Shown here piece after piece: positions 1 to 12,449 of a stretch of DNA of 64,000 nt. Each line of letters begins with the position of its first letter. Position 1 is the stretch's first letter. The position numbers were made by a program, and so were the translations under genes. A model generated the notes under the pieces. The model worked only from the letters and a program-made list of their open reading frames with translations. It was not told the DNA's origin and made no database searches. The stretch is from Geosiphon pyriformis uo1 (Eukaryota > Fungi > Glomeromycota): positions 323,532 through 387,531 of the forward strand of contig JAAOMT010000591.1 in NCBI GenBank assembly GCA_016748015.1, written 5' to 3'.

Positions 1-3000
1 TGCCACCAAAGAAAACGCTAAAGAATATTCTCGACCCTTAGGAAAAGCTTCCCATCAAAATCCTATCGTTGTCTCGATGACAATGATTCATTGGGCCAAG
101 ATGCATGACAATATGATAACCGTTGTGGTTGACATGTGCAAGCACATGTCCGAATTATCGTTCGACGTTGCCACCTATTTAATCCTCGATGCCTTGTCAG
201 ATAATAAGGACCCGGGTAAAAAGATGAAAGACGATGGCGTAAACTGGAAAGATTGGATTACCAGTAAGTACCATCTTGAACTCTGTTTAACATTCTAATA
301 TGCTAATTTTGAAACCGCAAATTACTAGATCTTTCCAAGTTTTGCGGGCACATGTGTAAAAAATATGATGGAATGTGTATGGAGGCGATTTTGAGTTACA
401 TTGATTTGTCTCTCTCCCGACCCGGCCAATCCCACGATCTTGTTGTTATAGCACAACTTGTGGAAATAATGAGTGGGATCTCTCCTCTCGGCGCACTCTC
501 CGCCACTGATGTATCCGTCATTGGTGCCAGTGAAACTTGCCGTAAAGAACAACTGTATAAGTTTAGTGAAAAACTTAATATGCGTAAAAGCACTCGTAGA
601 CTTGTAGATGCCTTGAGAAAGACCAATTTGGCTTTCCCGTTGGTAAAGCTGCTGGCTGTTATTAAATATTTTCATTCCTACAAAGATCAATCATACTCTC
701 ATATCAAACTCATGACGAATAATGTTGACAGAGTAAGATATACAACTATATTTCATACTCAACGTTTTTTCTTAATCTTTTGAATAACAAATTTTCTCGT
801 ATCAACATTTTAGTGTCAATCAATCTTTGTGCAATACTGCGAATTTCTTTCCTATCATTTACCAACTACCGAAAAGTTTCCAAGATTCGATGAACTTCGA
901 ATCAATCTTGGACTTGAACCAGAAGCGGCGTTTCGAATTCTAAGGAAGCATCTAGGTGATATGATCTCCAAGTCGGCGAATAATAAAGAAACTTCCATGA
1001 TTTGGCAACCGGGACTCCTTAAAACAATTGAACAAGTCAAGCAAACTCTCAAACCTTCTGTATGGGAGAAGATAAGCCCCGAGTTTTATACTACTTTCTG
1101 GCAATTGCAGTTATATGATATTAACTACCCAAAGACTGGATACCAAGACCTTCTTTCAGAGGTTACCAAACAGCTTGAAGAGGAGGAACAAAACAGGAAA
1201 AATAATAAAAAAGTCAAAAAGGATAAAGAAAAGGCCTTAAAGTCAACCTATCAGAAAGTGGAGGAGGAACTTAAAGATCATGAAGCCCATGTAAATCAGG
1301 TTAAACGTCGTCTTCTTATTGAAAAAGACCACTGGTTTTCAACCCTTCCCGCGGAAAGAAAAGAAATTGTTAATGCAATATGGCAACATTGCCTATTTCC
1401 TCGTTTATATTCCTCCGCCGAAGACGCACTGTTTTGTGCCAAATTCATAGAATCTATGCACGAGATTGGCACGGCCAATTTTTCCACATTGACACTATAT
1501 GATCAAATCTTCGCCGAGTCTGTTCAAATAATCCTTTTCTCGCTCACCGACCAAGAAACTCGTCACTATGGCCGTTTTTTGAACACTATTCTGGATTTTT
1601 TGTCAAAATTACATAGCGATCAGTCAGCATTTGTAGAAAGCGGTCAAGGTGAGAAGGGTCTTCCCGGATTTATAATGAAATGGCCAACTCAGAATCGACA
1701 GGCGTTTAATGTCTCCAAGTCTGACCTCATCAACTATCAAGAGTTTCGAGAGGTTTTCCATAAGTGGCATTGCAAGCTTCGCACTGCGTTTATCGCTAGT
1801 CTCAACTCGACTTATTACAATGAGCATCGTAATGCTTTGATCGCACTTAGCTGCATCAGTAAATATTTCCCCGCAGTTTCCACACATGGGGAATCTTTAC
1901 AAAAAGCAGTGGGTCACTTAATTGATACTACTGGTCTAGATGAAATCAGACTTTTGGCCACCAGCTATTCCGGAATCTTGGGTAAAAAAACCAAAACATG
2001 GGTTCCCAAAGCTAAATTCTATACGCCCAAACCTGATCGGAAAAATGCTCCTGTCCCATCTACTACACGTCTTGTAACAGAAAGTACCAAGACAGATAAA
2101 TCACAATCTTCTACAACCCCTTCTGTTACCTCCAAGAGCATACCAGTTGAACCTGCGAAAACACCCAAAAAGTCCACAACCCCTGTTGTCCCTACAACAC
2201 CTGCCTCTAATGGAACTCCTCCATCGAATGTCTCAAAAACAGGTGCGATGCTGCACCCACTTCCCAAAAAACCGAAACCAGAAATGAAGCTTGAAAAGAA
2301 TAATATACCGCGTGAAGAACGTCGTGAACGACCTGAACGGGAGCGTATTGATGAACGTCAACGTGATCGCACAAATAGACTGAAACCAGTTGATGAACCT
2401 CAGGAAAAGAGAGAAGAAAAGAGGGCAGGTGACCACCATCGTCGTGAAAAAGAACGTCTTAAAGATAACGAAAAATCTCGGGACGAAAAACCGAAGGAAG
2501 TTAAACAGAAGGATGATAAACCGAGGGATAATTCCAGAATGATTGAAGAACGACCACGAGAAATTCGTGAGGAACGGAGGTCTAACAATAATGATCGTCA
2601 ATCGAATTCTTCGTCTTCGGTGCGAAGACATGACGAACAAGATCGTCCAAATCATCGCACTGAACCCAGCCCACGAAAAAGACCACGCGAAGAGGATTCC
2701 GTTTCAAACCCTACTCGAAGATTTAAGGAAGATGAACTGATCTCCTCGACCTCTAGACGTCCAAAACCTCGAAATGCTGAAGAATTGGAGTTAAACAGAA
2801 GCGGCAGTAACCGGCATGCATCGTCCACATCTGCATCAAAAAGAGAACGTGATCACGAAATTGAGGCTCCAGGCGCCTCTTCCAAGAAAACTAAAGCTAA
2901 TCATCAAAGCAACCATCAGAGTAGCACCAGTTCTTCGGGGCAAAGACCCCCCATTAAATTGCAAAGACAGTCCACCAGTTCATCGAGCAAAGGTAGCTTG

Positions 3001-3123
3001 ACCAATACAGCGGAAGTGATTGCCCCTCCGAAAAGTACATCATCCTCCCGTCGTGTAGTTATCGAAAATAAAACCCGTGAAACCAGGGACAAGGGTCGTG
3101 ACCAAAGGCGTGGAAGGAATTAA
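1..3123 (+). CDS. THO2: THO complex subunit 2, 3' part (5' end outside window). Exons <1-263, 329-732, 814-3123; GT-AG introns 264-328 and 733-813
   Basis: Splicing joins the three ORFs in frame (KDWIT-N-LSKFCGHMCKKY; NVDR-CQSIFVQYCEFL). Tho2 motifs SPEFYTTFWQLQLYDI, QHCLFPR..S.EDALFCAKFI, NFSTLTLYD, HKWH, then a long K/R/E/S-rich tail. CpG is intact. Confidence 0.93.
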
Positions 3124-5225
3124 TAGAAGACTGAGAAATATCTGGGTAAATTTATATCCAATCTATATGAAAAACAATCAATAATATATGTTGATAAGAC
3201 CTTTTTCATCCTTCTTTTAGAGTAGTGAGAAAATTCTTTCCATTACTCTTCTCAATATTTTATTCCTTTGTTTAAATTGCAAGCCCTTCATGCCATTGAT
3301 CATTAGTTGTTTATTGTATTATCGCATTTCGTTTTTTTTGACAATACTAACGGTCGATTAGTTGGGTATTGGCGAAAGAAAACGCTTTCATTTAGTAAAA
3401 TATAAAAATTTTACTAGCAATAAATTTAGAATAATTGATTATATCATGAATTATCGAGCGATTCAGCCAATTATCGTTTTATTGCATTTAACAATAAAGA
3501 TTCATAGTATCACGAATATGTTCATTTGCATGAGTTTAACATTTTTGATCGAGGTGAAACTCGTGCGTCAGACTCCATAATACTAATATAAATTCCCCAA
3601 TCAAGTGGATATGCTGGAAGCAAATATTCTCTATACACAGTCCCACAATTTTGCAGATAACTTCTAAACTTTATATAGACTCATCACCAACACCTATTTA
3701 TATCTCTTTAAAAGGGTGCGTGGCAGCATACTTCAGTGCTGAATGCCACACGGCTCGTTCAACGTAGCCGTGCAGAATCGTCATCAAGAGATTTTGCGCG
3801 CATAATTTTTAGGGGCGTCTACGGGCGGTTGTCTGGCTTCGTTTGAGCTGACGCCGCCCCTGATGCGAAATTGAAATGAGTGTGGTGTAGAGTTGTAGGC
3901 TTGGGTCAAAGATAACCATCTAAATAATTTATATACTGTAACAAAGAGAACTTGTGACATCATTCTTTAATTTCCTACTTACTTAAAATAAATTAAGTTT
4001 TCAACGCGTAACATCATACTGGAATTTGTTTTGACAAATAAAAATTTTCACGTCTCGGCATCCTCTTGGGCCCTTGACGATTTTGGAGAATGGTGTGCGG
4101 TGAATGCAACGTTCAGTGGGAAAAAAGTAGAATCATAGATTTCATGAAGGGCTCCCTGGAGCTACCACAGATGTAAAAATTTCCGAGGAAGTCAGGCAGC
4201 AGGCAGGCGATATGTTAAAAGACCTCGAGGTATGTATTGTCTACTTGTTTGAATGTGAATGATGCGAAAGGACGAGAGGGACAGTTTGCGACACCAATGA
4301 CCGCCAGTTGGTTTGGTCTTCGCAATGCCATTTAGCAAGTTCGAAGAGTCTGTTTCTTGATTCCTGCGGCAAGCTAGAGGGACTACTTGTCAGCCGGTGG
4401 CCCTCACTTAGGGATAAGAGTTGTACCCAGAACTTCGGGCACTAGGTCAATCTGGTCACACTGTGGACCGTCTGTCGGAGCATTGCTTCTTCCACGGTAT
4501 GCCAGAGAGACTACTCGTCAGCCGGTGGCCGTAGCCCTCACCATAGGGAATGGGCGGCTCCTAGACACCACATAGGCCCACTCGTTAAGGTTGCACCTAA
4601 ACCGTCGGCAGGAGTTTTACTATTTGCTTTATACATTGAAATGAAAGCATCATAAGACAAAGGAGGACTATTTCGATGCTGCAAAGTTCAATGCTTCGAA
4701 AAGAAAACTGGAATCGTTAATAACAGATGTTAGATTACAACGTGCACGATATATGCAATCGCAAGTGGCCGTCAATTCACGTCTTCTCCGTATAAGGCAA
4801 AGCTGAACGTAAGTCATTATTTTCTCATGTGGAATAAAATATGTGTAATTTGTACATGCCCAAAATTTCAAAATGACTTTACGATCATGAAGTCTAACTT
4901 TATGGCATAAAGAAGGTACATGGCTATTTTTATATATAACAATTATGTATATGAACTAATTTATCATTTTTGATAATGTAAAATTTTATAACAAAAATCA
5001 GCAAAAAATTATTTTAATTATTACAATAACTTGAATAAATTAACCAAATACAAATTAATGAATTAGTAAATTTATATAAAATAATTTAAACCATTTTAAA
5101 TTAGTTGGTAAAAATAATTTGGTATTAATATATTGATTGTAATTTTAAAAATTAAAATATTTTTATTTATTAATAATTGTGTATTTTATAAATAATCATT
5201 ATATTTTTTTTAAAGTTTATATATA

Positions 5226-6574
5226 CAGAGGGATATAAAAAGTATTGAACACTTAATATAATATATAAAAAAGGCTATATATTGTAATATTATTACCAAT
5301 TTAAGCCATAATTTTTTTTATAATTACTTATAATTATAATCTACAAATCAATATAAATTGCATTTTTGTAAAACACAACAGTAGATTATATGCATATATA
5401 TAAAATATCATACATTTTTGTTGTGAAAAAATTTACCACATCAAATATGTTTTGGAAAAAAACTTTCTGAATACCAAAAAGAAAGGATTATTTCAGCAAA
5501 AAAGTTAAAACATATAAACAGTAAGATTTCCACGACTATTGAATGTTCACATTCTTTTGTAATACATGTATGAAGTCATATAAGCTAAAAAAACTTCCTA
5601 AAAAATGAACAGACTGACCACAAATTCTTGACAAATGTGCATGTAAACAACTCAAATATTTAATAATGGAGAATAAAAAAACCCACCACCAAACTCTTTC
5701 TCAAATATGATTGAATTTTATTAAAAATACCAACAAATCTATTTCTATACAAACTATTTAAAATAGATTAATTTAAAAAGGACTTCACTTGTGCATTTCT
5801 TGTCTCAAGTCATTAATTTCCAAATCAAATAAAAAAAAACATTTACAATGGGCTCGTATTTATGAAAATTAGACAGTAGAAAATTTTAAATGAGTTGTTT
5901 GATCAAATGAATCTACATATACACAATTTAGAACTACAGAATTTGGATGTGTATGGCATAAACCTTCCAAAGAGTTTCATAAGAATTGTATTACAGCCAC
6001 AGTTAGAAAAAGCTTTGGTCACATGTTTTGGGGATGTTTTTTATGGGTTGATTTGGGTTCTTTAGTTCCTTTGGTTGGTTATATTACTTGAATTATACAC
6101 CATAAAATCTTGGCTAATTATGCAATTCCTATGGTAAAACTTCATGCAAAAAAAACTAAAAAAAAGTTTTTTTTTTTAGGAAGACAATGTACCAATTCAC
6201 ATATCAAAAGTCACGCATTCTTTTCTTACCTTTTCAAATATTGAATTACTTTTTTGGCCACTACAAAGTCCTGATATTACTCCAATAGAAAATTTTTGGT
6301 CATATATTAAAGTTAAAATTTGTTAACATAATTCACAACCCTTAAATATTGTACAATTGGAACAGTAAGTTAAGGAAGAATGAGATACAATACCTGTAAA
6401 TTATTATCGTAATTTAATCAAGTCTAGCTATGTCAAGTTCAAGCTATTCTTGAAGCAAATAGGAGTCAAACTACTAACATGTATTTTAATATAATAATAA
6501 AAAATTTATAATTCATAAGTTAATTCTTTTATATAACATATTATAAAAGTGTTCAATATTTTTATACCCTCTTG
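5226..6574 (+). mobile_element. Degenerate Tc1/mariner DNA transposon (~1.35 kb)
   Basis: Imperfect ~29-bp TIRs (cagagggatataaaaagtattgaacactt at 5226; aagtgttcaatatttttataccctcttg ending 6574), TA on both sides. Decayed transposase motifs: WSDES-like (~5900), EDNVPIH (~6180), WPLQSPDITPIENFW (~6256-6300). Confidence 0.9.
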
Positions 6575-6772
6575 TATATATTGTGCTATAATAATTAAAA
6601 TTAGTTTTGTTATTTTTTTATTACTTGGCAAATTTAATTATTAATTTATTAATTTAAGATTTTAAAAAATATTATAAAATAATAATTTTGTTATGTAAAT
6701 AAATCATAATTAAATCAAATTTAATAATAATAATTTTTATTATTATATGTAATTATTACTTAATATTAACCA

Positions 6773-9055
6773 GAATCTTTGTCTCCTTAATTTTATGACC
6801 ACAATCAGAGCAAATAGTAAAAAAGCTGTACTTGGTATTTGTCCTAAGATATCTAATAAAATTTCAACCAAAGAAGCTCTCTCTGTTGTAGAAACAACTA
6901 AGCAAAATGTTTTAGAAGCCTTTTCTTTACCCAATAATTGTGATAAGCTGCTTTTGACAGCCACTGAAGCAACTTCCTCATCTTTGGCTGGTTTCTCACT
7001 AGTCAAAGTTCTCTTAAAGAGACACACTTGGATTAGTTTCAGTATTGTCTCCACCCTTACTAAAAACCTAAAAGTGTTTAATAATAGACCAGTTAACAAG
7101 CTGGTCTTCTCTTCTATGGCTTCTACATCTAGTGTTGCTAGTACCTCCTCTTCAAAAAAAATGGTCAAAAAGACCAAAAGTTCAGAAAAGTGGGAGCAGT
7201 CACTTGCCTCTGCTATTGTTATACCAAACTTCTTTGTGGTTTCCAATGAAATCTTAGATAAAATCTTTGTAGTATCATCTGGCATGTCATTTAAGATGGG
7301 CCAAGATCAACCACTAGCTGTGTTGCCAAATGTGGTGTCTTTTGGCAGATCATTGCCAGTTTTAAAAGCAAAGCAATCTCTTTTTGTTGGGTTATCTGTT
7401 CTTGAAAACTGGACTAATCAACTGAAAACTAAATCATCTCCTCCTCTGGTTTTTGGTGCTATTTCTAGTAGTGCTTGGGAAACTATTATTAATTGTCAAA
7501 GGTTTGCTAGATGGGTGGCCTCTGCTCTGGTGCCTGGTGCTACTTTTAAGATTAAGTTGGCTTATATTAAGGCTGTTTTTCAGTCAGTACATGGTTTTTT
7601 AAATGCAAAGTCAGTATTAAAAGACAATATAAAGCTGTTTTGTGTGGAGTTTGCTTTTCAAGTGTCTTTAAAAGCTGTGTTTTTGGTTGAGCTTACAAGC
7701 TCTATATATTTGGCCACTCTCAAAATTGCCAAGTCTTTGGTAGTTTCTGAGTCTGGTCTCTCTTCTACTACTGTTGCACTATGTAATGTGCTCTTGGATG
7801 TGTTTGCTGTTGACATTAAGATGGCTCTCAGTGTGTTTGGTAGTGTCATTCATGTTGTGCTAAAGTTTGTTGGCATTTGACAGTATGTAGTAATTTATTT
7901 TGAGAAGTTGGATTTTGCTATGTCTGCTTTAAATCATTGGTCAGTCTTGGTGGGCAAGAATAGTGTTAGAATTCTCCCTCTGGTAAATCAAAACAAGACT
8001 ATTTTGTCTCATAATAAGTTTAAGGCCAAGTTGGTCAATCTTTTTTTTGAATGTATAGCTTTTAAGATTAATAATATGATCTCTCAAGTTGGTGGTCGGA
8101 CATGTTTTATCCCTCATTCTCTTGAATCTGGTTATCATTCCTGGTTTGTTCTGGTTATGTTTGGTTTCCAAGCTAATTTGGACTTTGCTATTGTCAAGAC
8201 TAGTACACTGAAAAAATGCTGTATTTAATAGAAAACTCCTGGTTGTCGGCATTGTTTCAAGTGTTAAAAACTGGGCCATTTGGCTGTAGACTGTAAGGTT
8301 TTTTCACCTCTACCTCCTAAGTTTTCCAAGGTGTTTATATCACACTTTGTTGGTCTCAAGTCTTATGCTAAGACTTCTGCTTTCTTGAGCTTCTTTAGAT
8401 CTCCATTTCTGTTACTTTTTGTCTTTTCTCCAGTTGTTGTTGGTAATCCTTTGGTGCTATCTTATTTGTTTTCTCTGAAATCTGATTTAACTAAGCTTTC
8501 TGCTTTGGTTGAGTCTATTGTTAAGCCTATTAGCTCTTTGGTTACAGCTTTTGAACAGTTTATTAATAGTGATTTGGTTTTAAGTAGTGCTTTTGATCTT
8601 AGAATTAATGAGGTTTTGGTACATATGAGTTCTTTTAGTAGGACTGTTAATAAGTTGGAGAGAGAAGTAGTTTCTTTGAAAAAAAAATGCTGTATGGAGG
8701 ACATTGATATGTTTGGTGATTCTGGACCCCCACCTGTTGTAAATGATAAGGTGTTTTCCAACTTAATGTTCCTTTGGAAGCATGAGTCTGTTGATGTTAA
8801 AACTGATCCTTTTAAAACTGCTGAGTAGCTAGTTGGTTTGGTTTTTTGCAGTGCAACTTTGTTTTCTGTCATTCAAAAGATGTTATTTTTGAGTAAATTT
8901 TCTTCTGTAGCTTCAGCATAATGTGTCCTTGACTAATCCAAGTGGCTGGTCACATATAGAAAATGCATGATTAGTACCTAGTTTAGATTATTTCTTTGAT
9001 GTATTGTGTTAGGTAGCTTTTGGGTCTTACTCATTAAATGATATAAAAAAAAAAA
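6773..9055 (+). mobile_element. ORF1-only non-LTR retroelement (HAL1-like), copy 1
   Basis: One decayed ORF, a ~125-bp 3' UTR and an A-tail (9045-9056). Flanked by ATTAACCA (6765-6772 and 9056-9063). No endonuclease or RT. Confidence 0.8.
6795..8921 (+). pseudogene. LINE ORF1/gag-like protein (~708 aa): RRM-like domains, CCHC knuckle, coiled coil
   Basis: ORFs 6795, 7908 and 8280 share one frame, broken by transition-type stops. CFKC*KLGHLAVDC at 8253-8294; RRM-like blocks VALCNV..DV...DIK.AL.VFG and FKAKLVNL...ALV.F. Confidence 0.8.
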
Positions 9056-9063
9056 ATTAACCA

Positions 9064-11346
9064 GTATTTTTTGTCTTCTTAATTTCATAATTACAACTAG
9101 AGCAAAGAGTAAAAAAGCTTTATCTGATATTTTTCCTGAAATATCTAATAAAATTTCAATCAGAGAAGCTCTCTCTGTAGTAGAAGCAACTAGACAAAAT
9201 GTTTTAAAACCTTTTTTTTTACTTAATAATCATGAAAAGCTGCTTTTGTTAGCTATTAAAGCAATTTCTTCATCTTTGACTGGTTTTTTATTAGTCAAAG
9301 TTCTCTTAAAGACACACATTTGGATTAGTCTTAGTGTTGTCTCTATTCTCTTCAAGAGTCTCAAAGTTTTTAATAATAGGCCAGTTAACAAGTTGGTCTT
9401 TTTCTTTTTAGCTTTAATATCTGGTGCTATTAGTACTGTCTCTTTAAAAAAAATGGTCAAAAAAGCCAAAAGTTCAAAAAAGTAAAGACAATTGCTTGTC
9501 TTTGCTATTGTTATACCAAACTCCTTTGTGGTTCTCAATAAGATCTTAGATGAAATCTCCATAGTATTATCTGGCACATCATCCAAGATGGGCCAAGATT
9601 AACCATTGGCTGTATTGCCAAATATGGTGTCTTCTGGCAGATTATTACCAGTTTTAGAAACAAAACAATTATTTCCTGTAGTGTTACCTGTTTTTGAGAA
9701 CTGGGATGATCAGATGAAAACTGAATTATTTTTTTCTCTGGTTTTTGGTGCTATTTCTGATGGTGCTTGGAAAATTATTACTAGTCATTAAAAGTTTACT
9801 GGATGGGTGGCTTTTATTCTAGTGCTTGGTGCTTTTTTTAAGATTAAATTGGCTCATGTTAAGACTGTTTTTCAGTCAGTACGTGGTTTTTTGGATGCAA
9901 AATCTGTTTTTAAGGACAATATAAAGCTCTTTTGTGTAGAGTTTGCTTCTCAAAGTTTTCTAAATGCTGTATTTTTGATTGAGCTTACAAGTTCTGTTCA
10001 TCTTGTCACTTTCAAAATTGCCAAGTTTCTGGTCGTTTTTGAGTTTGGTTTTCCTTTTGCTGTTGTTGTACTGTATAATGTGCCTTTGGGTGTGTCTGCT
10101 GCTGACATTAAAACAGCTCTTGGTGTGTTTGGTAGTATTACTCATATTGTGCTGAAGCCTGCTGATATTTGACAGTATGTAATTGTTTATTTTGAAAAGT
10201 TGGACTTTATTGCATCTGTTTTAAATCATTGGTTAATTTTGGTGGGCAAGAATAGTGTTAGAATTTTTTCTTTGGTAAATCAGAATAAAACTATTTTGTT
10301 TCATAATAGGTTTAAGACCAAGTTGATTAATCTTTTATCTGGCTGTACAGCTTTTAAAATTAGTAATATGATTTCTCAAGTTGGTGGTCAAACATGTTTC
10401 ATTTCCCATTCTTCTAAGTCTGATTGTCATTCTCGATTTGTTCTAGTTATATTTGGTTTTTAGGTTGATTTGAATGCTGTAGTATTAAAGACTAGTACAC
10501 TAAGAAAATGCCATATCTGATGGGAAACTCTTGGTTGCTGGCATTGTTTTTGGTATCAAAAGATAAGCTACTTGGCTGTAGATTGCAAGATTGCTTTATC
10601 TTCCCTTTCTAAGATTTCTAAAGTGTTTAAACCACATTTTGTCAGTTTTTTGTCTTATGTAAAGGCATTTGTTCTTACTGTTATTTCTGAGTTTTTTTTT
10701 TGGTGGCTTTTGCTCTTTTTGTGGCTTTTAAAGATTCTTTGGTGTTTTCTCAGCTGGCATCTTTGGAATTTGATTTGGCCAAGCTTTTTGTTTTGGTTGA
10801 ATTTATTGTTAAGTCTATTGGCTCTATGGTCAAAGTTTTTAAACAATTTGTTAATAGTAATTTGGTTTCAAGTTCTGCTCTTGGCTTCAGAGTTAACAAA
10901 GTTTTAGTTCACATAAATACTTTTAGCAGAGCTGTTAGTAAGTTAGAGTGAAAAGTGGTTGCTCTAAAAGCTAAGTGTGGTTTTAAAAACATTAATATGT
11001 CTGGCTCTCATGTAAATTTGTTATTTTTTAATGATAATATGTTTTCTAATTTGATGTCTCTTTGGAAACATAAATCTGTTGTTGTAAAGGCTGATGTCTT
11101 TAAAATGACTGAGTAGTTGATTGGTTTGATTAATAATAGTGCTACATTATTTAAGATTGTTCAAAGAATGTCTTCTTTAAATAAGTTTTTCTTTGATGCA
11201 TTAATGTAGTATAGCTTAAACTGACTTAAGTAGCTGGTTATATATAGTAAATATGTGAACCATATTTAGCTTTAGATCACTTAGTTTGGTCCTAATTTCT
11301 AAATAGTGATTGGACTATACTTGTTAAATTCATAATAAAAAATAAA
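9064..11346 (+). mobile_element. ORF1-only non-LTR retroelement, copy 2
   Basis: Colinear with copy 1 (ORF remnants 9246-10951), ends in an A-rich tail, followed by ATTAACCA (11347-11354). Confidence 0.8.
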
Positions 11347-12449
11347 ATTAACCAATTAAATTATTAATTAAAAATATGTTTTTTAAAAATATAAATAACA
11401 AAAATATTTTTATAATTATATTTGTTTATCATAAAAAATAAAAAATAAAAATAAAATTATTATTATTTAAAAAGCAAAACAATTTAATTCTAATAATTAT
11501 TATATTGTTTAAAATATTATGCATTTTTGTAAAAATTCTTAATAAAATAATTTTTTTTGTTTAATTTATTAAGTTAATCTTAAATATTATTTTAATATTA
11601 TAAATTATTACTAAATAAAAATAAATTAATTTGTTATTTTTATTAAAAAACAATAAAAATTATTACCAATGAACCAATAAATACAGCCATTTCAATTTTA
11701 TGTAAAATTAAATCAAAACTAATCTTGAGTGCTTTAAAAAACAATAAAAATCTGGAAATTTTTTTATTTAAAGCAAAATAATATTGTTGCCAAAAGAAAC
11801 AAAACAATTGCAAAAATTATTTAATAATTTAAATTTTTTGTTCATCTCCACTAAAGTTCATTTATCCAATAATATTCAGACAATTAATCCAGAAATCTAA
11901 GCCAAAATTGGTAAAATACTTAAGGAGTTAATGAAAAAGATGAAAGATAAAAGTGCTTACATGTCAGATGTGAATTAAGCAAAGAAGCTACGAAATTATG
12001 AAAGACAGCCTCATCATAAATGTTTTGTTTTTACAGCGTTACCCCATATATAATTCACAAGTAAAACCTTATGAATTATATAATAAATTCTGGCATGAGC
12101 CAACACTGCGGCTGAAAATACCAGTATAACAAAATAAAATTCATGTGACAAGATATATTCATTAGTCATCGTGATAAATCTTTCCTAAAGTGAATCTCAA
12201 TCGTCAAGATGGACTTCATCAGCGGACTTAGTGACTCGATATTGCCACTAATAATAATTAAATCAAAAAATTGGGTGATCAATGTTTTTTTATAAACTCT
12301 ATTTCGAGAGAGAAAGAGCCTGTTAATTACATTACTGAAACTCTGACACCTAACATATCTGCTTCTTCCGTTTTATTACAATAACATAAGTTCCTAAAAG
12401 AACGCGTCTAACACAGACACGCGCAGAAAACATTTTACGCATTCATAAT

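Noticed and set aside
2019-3001. Overlapping and antisense ORFs inside THO2
   Set aside because: By-products of the low-complexity C-terminal coding region.
3840-4620. Hammerhead- or group I intron-like words (ctgatgcgaaa, agagacta)
   Set aside because: Isolated short matches; I could not build the required helices.
6743-7285. Antisense ORF recurring in all three ORF1-only copies (also 9230-9586, 17519-17926)
   Set aside because: Best explained as a shadow of the sense ORF. Lengths vary and there are no recognisable motifs.
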